64,000 bases of DNA. It comes from Octopus vulgaris. Taxonomy: Eukaryota. Numbering within the stretch: the first letter of the stretch is position 1; the number at the start of each line of letters is the position of its first letter. Location: positions 60,202,001-60,266,000 of the forward strand of contig OX597823.1 in assembly GCA_951406725.2 (NCBI GenBank). Direction: 5' to 3'. Made by a program: the position numbers and the translations under genes. This document shows, piece by piece, positions 55,537-64,000 of this stretch. A model generated the notes under the pieces. The model did no database searches. It was not told the DNA's origin and saw only the letters and a list, made by a program, of their open reading frames with translations.

Positions 55537-55826
55537 TTTTAACTTCGCGCATGCGTATGCTCATTGTTTGTTTCTGATTTTGTTAACTACATAGTATAGT
55601 AGGGTCAATTGGGCACCGTCTTTGAGAAAAACAGCACCATGTCACAATTCACTCTACTAGAAATTTAGAAATGACATACTGTACTGCTTGGCATTCATGC
55701 TGGAAGCTTCAATACAAACATTTCAGAACATTTGGGTGTCAATCCGAGGATAGTGCAATCTGAGGACATGTACCAAGTGTAATGAAATTTAAACATCCAG
55801 TGAACATCATGGTGTTTGGAATCACT
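55537..55826 (+). mobile_element. 5' fragment of the same transposon family as 50768-51570
   Basis: Shared AGTATAGTAGGGTCA..GAGAAAAACAGCACCATG..KHPVNIMVFG. Confidence 0.82.
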
Positions 55827-55994
55827 TCTCTTGTCATCCATCTTGTACTCTCAATGTATTTTTTCGTTTTTACTTTATTTTCACTGAACTCCTCTGTTCC
55901 CAGAACACACCCTTATATTGGCCATTGACCTCTGTTTCTGTCACTGTGTGCCTTATCTCTCTTCTCTCCCACTTTGTATTAGCTCTCTATTTCT

Positions 55995-56222
55995 CATACC
56001 AATGCGACATAAAAGGCACTTGTGCTGGTGCCACATAAATGCACTCATACCAGTGCCACATGATCAGCACCCAGCACACACTGTAAAGTGGTTGGCATTA
56101 GGAAGAGCATCCAGCTGTAGAAACCAAGTTATACTAGAACCTGGTGCAACTCTCTGGCTGCCAGCCCTGGTCAAACAATCCAACCCATGCCAGCATGGAA
56201 AACAGACATTAATGAAACATTA
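55995..56222 (+). mobile_element. RTE-type 3' end fragment
   Basis: GTGGTTGGCATTAGGAAGAGCATCCAGCTGTAGAAACC..CCAACCCATGCCAGCATGG. Another copy lies at about 56970-57183. Confidence 0.7.
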
Positions 56223-56251
56223 AAGAAACCTTTCTATACTAAAATTCACCA

Positions 56252-56411
56252 TAGGTGTAGAAGTGGCTGTGTGGTAAGTAGCTTACTTACAAACCACATG
56301 GTTCCAGGTTCAGTCCCACTGCGTGGCACCTTGGGCAAGTGTCTTGGGCTGACCAAAGCCTTGTGAGTGGATTTGGTAGATGGAAACTGAAAGAAGCCCG
56401 TCATATATATG

Positions 56412-56442
<31 letters not shown>

Positions 56443-56649
56443 ATATGTTTGTGTGTCTGTGTTTGTTCCCCCCACAACATCGCTTGACAACTGATGCTGG
56501 TGTGTTTACATCCCTGTAACTTAGCGGTTTGGCAAAAGAGACCGATAGGCTTACAAAAATTAAGTCCTGGGGTCGATTTGCTTGACTAAAGGCGGTGCTC
56601 CAGCATGGCCACAGTCACATGACTGAAACAGGTAAAAGAGTAAAGAGTA
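56252..56649 (+). mobile_element. SINE family A
   Basis: Match to 338-759. Confidence 0.9.
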
Positions 56650-57707
56650 TTATCTACACCTTCACCTCTTCACTGCATTCTCTTCTGTTCTCATCTCATT
56701 TCCCCCCCCATTCTCGTGAACTTTCCTTCCCAGCCATTCTCTAGCCACCACTTTTTCATTTTACCCTGAGAATGCACCCTGAAGCTTCATTTCCACTCTC
56801 CTCTCTCACTTTCCAGCTGTGGTGGCCGTGTTTCCCCTCGACAACAAAACACCTATTCCCGACCCTCTGTCATACTTTTGCCTCTAAATGCCTTGCACAC
56901 AGCCACCTCTCACAATATTGCCACCACCTCCCCACACCAACTCAGTCAAGGGGTCTTGTTTCATGAGTTACATGGTGACTTCATTAAATCTGGTGCCAAA
57001 AAACAGCACCCTGCACACTCTGTAAATGGTTAGTATCAGGATGAGCATCTAGCCAAAGAAATCTTGTTAAAATAGATATGGGAGCCCGGTGCTGTCTTCA
57101 GACTCATCGGATGCAAGTGAACCTTCCAACCCATGCCAGCATAGAATACAGGCATTAAATGATATCAAAGCAATGATGATGATATATATATATATATGTA
57201 TATGAATATATATACATATATATACATATATACATATATATACATATATATACATATATACATATATATACATATATATATGTATATATATGCATATATG
57301 TGTATATGTATATATATGATATTATATATATATACATATATATTCATACATATGTATATTGATATTTATATATATACATATATATGTATATATACAATAT
57401 GTGGGTATGTATGTATGTATGCAAGCATATACACACATATGCACACACACACACACATCTATATATTAAACAAAATACAAAGGAAAAAAATATCATCTGT
57501 GTTCAATCAGGAGTAACATTAGCTACCTCTATTGGCAGTTTCTATCAATATAAAAACTATAAATTTATTGAGATGTCAAAAAGAAAAAAAAATACGAAAC
57601 AGACGAAGACAGAAATATAAAAAAAATAAAATTTAACAAAACAAAATGGAAAGCAAACAAAACCAAAATATTAAAAAAATGTATACAAAAATTGGAAAAA
57701 AAAACAC

Positions 57708-57745
<38 letters not shown>

Positions 57746-58536
57746 GTAAAGATAAAAAAATGTAACCATATGAGGTTTTATTATTATCTTCTGCTGAATA
57801 ATGTTGTCATGCAAGTCTAATCTATACAGTATATGACTTGAAAACCATGTCAATTTTATTCATTTTTACACTGTATGTGTCAAGATAAAAACACCTTTCT
57901 GGTGAAATCTGTGGAAATCTTGCTGTAATAAAATTCTTCCTGGGTTTTAGTTTTGGTAAGAAAGACTAATTTTTCTTGGAATCTTAACACGTATTATAAA
58001 TGACAAGAGCAAGAATTGTAAAAGTCAAAAAAATAAAAAGGGTAGAAATATTCATTTATTAGTTGCATTTTTCTTTTGTTTAATTTTTTTCTGAGATATT
58101 TTTTAAATTTTTTTTTTTTTGTGTTACCTTTCCATTTCTTTCAGAGTCTTTTTTTTTCTGTAATCTACAATTTTATCATGTAGTCTATTGTATTGCTTCA
58201 TTTCTAGAACAGTCTTAAAAGCTAAAAAGCAAAAAATAATAATAATAAGTGTTCTTTTCCCTTGGATTCATAAAGTTCAAATGTAATTGGAACTAAATAA
58301 TCTGGACATAAGGTAAGACTCTGGAAGAAAAACGGGAGGAATTTCAAGAGGCAGGTAATAATGACATTGTTATGTTTGAGATAAATGTCTGTCACATATT
58401 TATAAATGAAATCACCTGTTTTGGGGTGTCTCTCTTAAGTCACAGATGAAAAGTTTCTTATTTCTTTTGATTTAAGATTTCTCAATTCTTTATGATATTC
58501 TATTCTTTATAGCTTCACTATTGTGTCAAAAGGTAA

Positions 58537-58704
58537 CGGGCGTGGCTATGTGGTAAGAAGGTTGCTTCCCAACCACATGGTTTCAGGGTCAGTCCCATTT
58601 CATGGCACCTCATGCAAATGTTTTCCATTATAGGCCTAGGCTAACGAAAGCCTTGTGGGTAGATTTGGTAAATGGAAGCTGAAAGAAAATTGTTGTATTT
58701 ATAC

Positions 58705-58781
<77 letters not shown>

Positions 58782-59345
58782 TTAAAAGCAGCAGAAATTC
58801 AACAAAACCTGTTACTCGGAGTTTCACAGTTTTGTCCAACGAACAGGAACGTGAAACTCCGAGTAACAGGTTTTGTTGAATTTCTGCTGCTTTTAAATAA
58901 AGCATATTACTCTACCCCTGGTATTTGAGTACTCTATTTTCCACCTTGTTTCACATTTATGTGTTTACTCCGGTATACATATATATATATATAGATATAT
59001 ACATATATATATATATATACATATGTATATATACATGCACACATATATATGCATATATATGTGCATATGCATATATATGTGTGTGTATGTGTGTACACAT
59101 GCATGTGTGTGTGTGTGTGAGTGTGTGCCTCCTGGTTTTGACTTTGCGTGAGAGTTGTAAACAAATGTCACTGTCATACAAGTAGTGTCCTTCATTTCTA
59201 ATCTATTGTGGAAACATGTCTGCTCATGAGGAAATGGGTGAGAGTTGGTGAGAGGAAGAGCATCCAGTTATAGAAAAATTTCACACTCTAACAAATTCTC
59301 TCCAAGCCATACAAGCACAGAAAAGTAAATATTAAAATTATGAAG
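58537..59345 (+). mobile_element. A-head / RTE-tail SINE with a nested hairpin element in its TA tract
   Basis: Head at 58537-58697, tail at about 59125-59345, insertion at 58777-58975. Confidence 0.65.
58777..58975 (+). mobile_element. Element with a perfect 51-bp inverted repeat (58777-58827 / 58851-58901) and a hammerhead-like motif (58833-58868)
   Basis: TGT CCAACGA ACA-GGAA-CGT GAAA CTC C GAG TA ACA, flanked by (TA)n. Confidence 0.72.
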
Positions 59346-59349
59346 AAAT

Positions 59350-60000
59350 AACTGATTGTCAGAATCATTAGAACAGTGAAGAAATACTGTATGGTAATTT
59401 AGCCAACATTCTGAGTTCAAATCCTGCAAGTTCAACATTTGCTAATTATCCTTTTGATGTCAATACAATAAATTACAGGGATCAGTTTAATCGACAAAAA
59501 TTTTATCCCAATTTTGTAGCCATGTATCTTTGTTAGAAATCCATATGCTATAGGTAGTCTCTTGACAGAATCATTAGAGTTCAAGCAAAAGCATTGTTGT
59601 ATTTGTTCTAATTTTTTGATTTTTGAGCTCAAATCCTGCTGAGCTCAACTTCGCCATTCATCTTTTCAGGATTGAAAATATGAAGTATTCCTGGAGAACT
59701 ATCTCCAAATTTGTGGCCTTGTGCCTATTGTTAGAAACAATTATTATAATGGCACCAATGGAAGAGATATTTGAAAATCAATTAGAATGGCTTGCAGTAA
59801 TTGTTCCACCAGGCTTTTTGTGCTTTGAGTTCAAGTCCAGAGGAGGCCAACTTTGTGATTCATCCTTTCAGGATTCATAACCTAGCTCTAAAGAACTAGG
59901 GGCAATTTAACTGACTAATCTTAACCCACAAATTTATGGGCTTGAGTCAGTGAAGAAAATGATTATCTTACACAGCTGCCAAACTGGAGAATTGTAGGAG
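59350..60000 (+). mobile_element. Tandem cluster of 3-4 highly degenerate family B SINEs
   Basis: CAGAATCATTAGA..TGAGTTCAAATCCTGC..CATCCTTTCAGG recurs about every 210 bp. Confidence 0.6.
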
Positions 60001-60461
60001 TTTTGGTTAACATTTTAACTGCCACAGCTTCTTACTGGAACTTACTGGTGATGCCACATATTTCTGATCACACTGCATACTTTTTAATTATAAAGAAATG
60101 TAATTTGGAGGAATGTTTACCCTATTTCATAATTAAATTTTAGTTTAAGTGTCATAAAAGCATGAAACTATAAGTAGTTTTTTTGGTTGTGTATTAAATC
60201 ACTATGTACCTCTAATTGGATGGAGAAACCATGTCAAAGATACAAAATAAAATATTTTCTCAAATTATGGAAAAGCACTACTGGTGGTGAATATGGTAGT
60301 TGTGTGAAGTTTGCGATGAACCACATGTTGTGGTTAATATGTTAAACACCAGGTGGTATTTGTTCCAGCCTTTATACTCTCAAATCCTGTCTAGGCCAAG
60401 TTTGACTTCTATCTTTCAGTGGTCATTAAAATAAAGGTCAGTCAAGACCTGTGTATGTGAA

Positions 60462-60623
60462 GGTGCAGGAGTGGTTGTGTGGTAAGTAGCTTGCTTACCA
60501 ACCACATGGTTCTGGGTTCAGTCCCACTGTATGGCACCTTGGGCAAGTGTCTTCTACTATAGCCTCAGGCTGACCAAAGCCTTGTGAGTGGATTTGGCAG
60601 ACAGAAACTGAAAGAAGCCTGTC

Positions 60624-60661
<38 letters not shown>

Positions 60662-60828
60662 TTGTGCATCTGTGTTTGTGTCCCTGTAACTTAGCGGTTC
60701 AAAAGAGACCGATAGAATAGGAACTAGGCTTACAACGAATAAGTCCTGAGGTCGATTTGCTCGACTAAAGGCGGTGCTCTAGCATGGTCGTAGTCAAATG
60801 ACTGAAACAAGTAAAAGAGTAAGAGAGA
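60462..60828 (+). mobile_element. SINE family A
   Basis: Match to 338-759. Confidence 0.9.
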
Positions 60829-61135
60829 TAATTCTCACTCTTTCTCTCTCTCCTTCCTTCCCTCTCTCTCTATCTCACATTTTCCTTATTTCTTCATATC
60901 TCCCTCTTTCAGGCTTTCTCCTACTTATAATCAACTAATCTCCACTTGGTTATTGTCCTTCATATGAGGATTAGTGCCAGTCTCAAACCCAGATAAAAAA
61001 AAAAAAAAAACTAAAACAGTTGAGCCAGGGGCTAGCACCACTTCTCATAAAAACTAGCTTGCTATAGAATCTGTCCAAAGAAACATTTACTACCATCGAC
61101 AAGCCAATGAGCAGTGTTTCATGAAGCAGACTAAT

Positions 61136-61525
61136 TACTCTTTTACTTGTTTCAGTCATTTTGACTGTGGCCATGCTGGAGCACTGCCTTTGGTCAAGCA
61201 AATCGACCCCAGGACTTATTCTTTGTAAGCCTAGTACTTATTCTATCGGTCTCTTTTGCCGAACTGCTAAGTTACGGGGACGTAAACACACCAGCATCAG
61301 TTGTCAGGCGATGTTGAGGAGACAAACACAGACACACATACTTATATATATATGCATATATACGACGGGCTTCTTTCAGTTTCCGTCTACCAATCCACTC
61401 ACAAAGCTTTGGTCGGCCCAAGGCTATAGTAGAAGACACTTGTTCAAGGTACCATGCAGTGGGACTGAACCCGGAACCATGTGGTTTGTAAGCAAGCTAC
61501 TTACCACACAGCCACTCCTACGCCT
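61136..61525 (-). mobile_element. SINE family A
   Basis: Reverse-complement match to 338-759. Confidence 0.9.
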
Positions 61526-61867
61526 ATATTTACTTCCTTTTTAATCATTTGTTGCTCTTATATTATAACGATACCAATGGAAGAGGTATTTGAAAATCAA
61601 ATAGAATGACTTGATGTTGTTGGTCATGACACATAGCCCATATCACATGACACATGATGCATGATTCATTATTCAAGGCATGTAACATACAACATTTGAT
61701 TCATGGGAACTCACACATGACACATTTCTCATGGTACTTGCTACATGTAATTTGTCTCATGGAATTTAGTCAGAAGCATAAAACATGGCAACCATCACTA
61801 TATAGAACATAGTAAAAACACATAAGAAATATACATGTGGCATCATGTTTGTTGGGAAGGGAGAGAC

Positions 61868-61898
<31 letters not shown>

Positions 61899-61938
61899 GT
61901 GAGAGACAAACAAAGACAGAGAGAATCAATTGATCTAA

Positions 61939-61985
<47 letters not shown>

Positions 61986-62059
61986 CATTATTAAGGCAAC
62001 AAGCTGGTAGACTTGATAGCATGCAGGGCAGTATTTTGTCCGTCTTCATGCTCTGAGTT

Positions 62060-62231
62060 CTGCAAAAGTCAGCATTACCTGGAACTGCACACATATTGCA
62101 TAAAGTACTGTCTGTCTGAGGTCCTTGTTGTGACTTGACAAACAGTACAAACCCTCGATAAACACAATATCTTCAATCAACAGCCTTATGATACTGTATG
62201 CTGTGCAATGTCTAAAATAATAATATTAATG

Positions 62232-62292
<61 letters not shown>

Positions 62293-62305
62293 TTATAATA
62301 ACAAT
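62060..62305 (+). mobile_element. R4/Dong-type retrotransposon 3' end with (TAA)n tail
   Basis: LQKSALPGTAHILHKVLSV*, then a short UTR and a long TAA run. Confidence 0.72.
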
Positions 62306-62309
62306 AATC

Positions 62310-62492
62310 CTTTCTACTAAAGGCACAAAGCTTGAAATTTTGTGGGAGGATGCTAGTCGATTACATTAACCCCAGTTTTTCACTGGTACTAAAAAGGATG
62401 AAAGGCAAAGATGACCTCAGCAGAATTTAAATGCAGAATGTAACAATGGATGAAATGCTGGTGTGCTAATGATTCTGCCAGCTCACCACCTT
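62310..62492 (-). mobile_element. SINE family B monomer
   Basis: Match to 40939-41152 with deletions. Confidence 0.75.
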
Positions 62493-62539
62493 ATTGATAA
62501 TAATAAGCAACATCACTTTTCCTTATAACAATTATAGAT

Positions 62540-62938
62540 AAGGGAAAGTGAAGTTGCTTACTGATCAACAGGTCATGCCTATTTGATTCCAGGATCATAA
62601 CAAAAGAGGAGGAAAACCAAAAAAATTACAATCCCTTAAAATTTGAAATAGGAAGAATTTGGAGCATTGGAGCAGTAAAGGCCATGCCTATGATACTTAA
62701 TCCATTGGGAACAGTAAGCAAAGATACAGACAAATAGCTCAAGGAGATTGGAATAGAATACTCAGTAGAGCTCCTACAAAAAGTTTGTCTCTTTGGAACA
62801 GCAAGGATTATCAGGAGGGTTCTTAGCACTCGAAAGACTTATGAAAACTTCTGGCTACCTCAGGTTACAGGTTACCTGCTACCCACATACATCCTACCAG
62901 GAATAAGATCAAACTTGAACCAAACCAAAATAATAATA
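62540..62938 (+). mobile_element. R4/Dong-type retrotransposon 3' end (restriction-like endonuclease relic)
   Basis: CLLI..FDSRIITKEEE..YNPLKFEIGRIWSIGAVKAMPMILNPLGTVSKDTDK*LKEIGIEYSVELLQKVCLFGTARIIRRVLS, ending in TAATAATAA. Confidence 0.82.
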
Positions 62939-63303
62939 AGAGCACTCAGTGAGTGCAAACCTCCACCAAGGCAACACCAATGTCCTCTCAGCAATTAGCC
63001 AGAGAGGATTTTTAAAATGACAATATCTGAAATAAACTTGACTGCTCTCACAAATGAGAATACAAAAAATAAAACTGACTGCTCTCAAAATTTAAATAAA
63101 AAACAGGGAAAGTAATCCAGAATCTTTGTCCGGTACTGGATCAATCCCAAAATCTAATCCATTCATGCCAGTCAAGAGGCCAAATATCTCTGAAAGTTTC
63201 ATTCGAATCCATCCAGCAGTTCTTGAGATATCTTGTCCATGGACAAAAAAAAAAAAATCATGACTGAAAACAATACCTCTGCCTTCGCTAAGGCAGAGGT
63301 AAT
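62938..63303 (-). mobile_element. Helentron-associated element (HINE/DINE-like)
   Basis: 5' subterminal palindrome ACCTCTGCCTT-AGCG-AAGGCAGAGGT, core GATATCTCAAGAAC..GAAACTTTCAG, 3' subTIR CCTTGGTGGAGGT plus stem-loop GCACTCA-C-TGAGTGC, TT-rich flanks. Confidence 0.78.
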
Positions 63304-63590
63304 AATAATAATCATGAGCTTATTGTATACAATACCAGTACTCAGATGTACTACATCTCATCAGAAGAAAGGCAAAAGTGGGGACAGAAAGTGGCAATAA
63401 GTCAAGTGAAGGTAGCAGTGAAAGCCAACAGTACAAACACAGTACACAGATAAAATATAATAAAAGCCAGTAAGATTGTAAGTTAGCCAGTATTGGTTAC
63501 GCAACATGCTAGAAACAGCAGCTAAATTTTTTTATATCACACACTTTAAAATTAATGAAATAGCACATTTGATAGTGTGATCTTACATAC

Positions 63591-64000
63591 AGGCGCAGGA
63601 GTGACTGTGTGGTAAGTAGCTTGTTTACCAACCACATGGTTCCGGGTTCAGTCCCACTGCATGGCACCTTGGGCAAGTGTCTTCTACTATAGCCTCGGGC
63701 CGACCAAAGCCTTGTGAGTGGATTTGGTAGACGGAAACTGAAAGAAGCCTATCGTATATATATATATATATATATATATATGCGTGTGTGTGTTTGTGTG
63801 TCTGTGTTTGTCCCCCTAGCATTGCTTGACAACCGATGCTGGTGTGTTTATGTCCCCGTTACTTAGCGGTTCAACAAAAGAGACTGATAGAATAAGTACT
63901 GGGCTTACAAAAGAATAAGTCCCGGGTTCGAGTTGCTCGATTAAAGGCGGTGCTCCAGCATGGCCGCAGTCAAAAATGACTGAAACAAGTATAAGAGAGT
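63591..64000 (+). mobile_element. SINE family A, full length
   Basis: Match to 338-759. Confidence 0.9.

Noticed and set aside
61161-61544. 127-aa ORF and similar recurring ORFs (for example TRLWSAQGYSRRHL, QIHSQGFGRPE)
   Set aside because: Antisense read-through of SINE family A copies, not genes.

Overview
AT-rich, repeat-saturated eukaryotic DNA, intergenic or deep intronic. The repeat landscape looks like an octopod cephalopod (Octopus-like); this is inferred from the repeat families, not from a database match. No host protein-coding exon can be identified, and almost all ORFs in the track are microsatellite or SINE read-through. Supported content: one intact tRNA-Thr(TGT) gene; many tRNA-derived SINEs built from interchangeable head, body and tail modules; decayed mariner and DD37D/maT-like transposases; a 74-bp Tc1/mariner MITE; several non-autonomous Helitrons and a Helentron/HINE; RTE and R4/Dong LINE ends; Penelope-like GIY-YIG relics; micro- and minisatellites. 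The most notable signal is a set of about 10 minimal hammerhead-ribozyme-like folds, several with variant cores (G3:C8 swap, CCGACGA, CTGTAGA). They sit in short non-coding elements, mostly next to (TA)n tracts, and four are accompanied by an inverted partial self-copy. This suggests a diverse family of Penelope-type or retrozyme-like ribozyme retroelements. All folds and alignments were made by eye, and SINE family labels A-D are my own working names.
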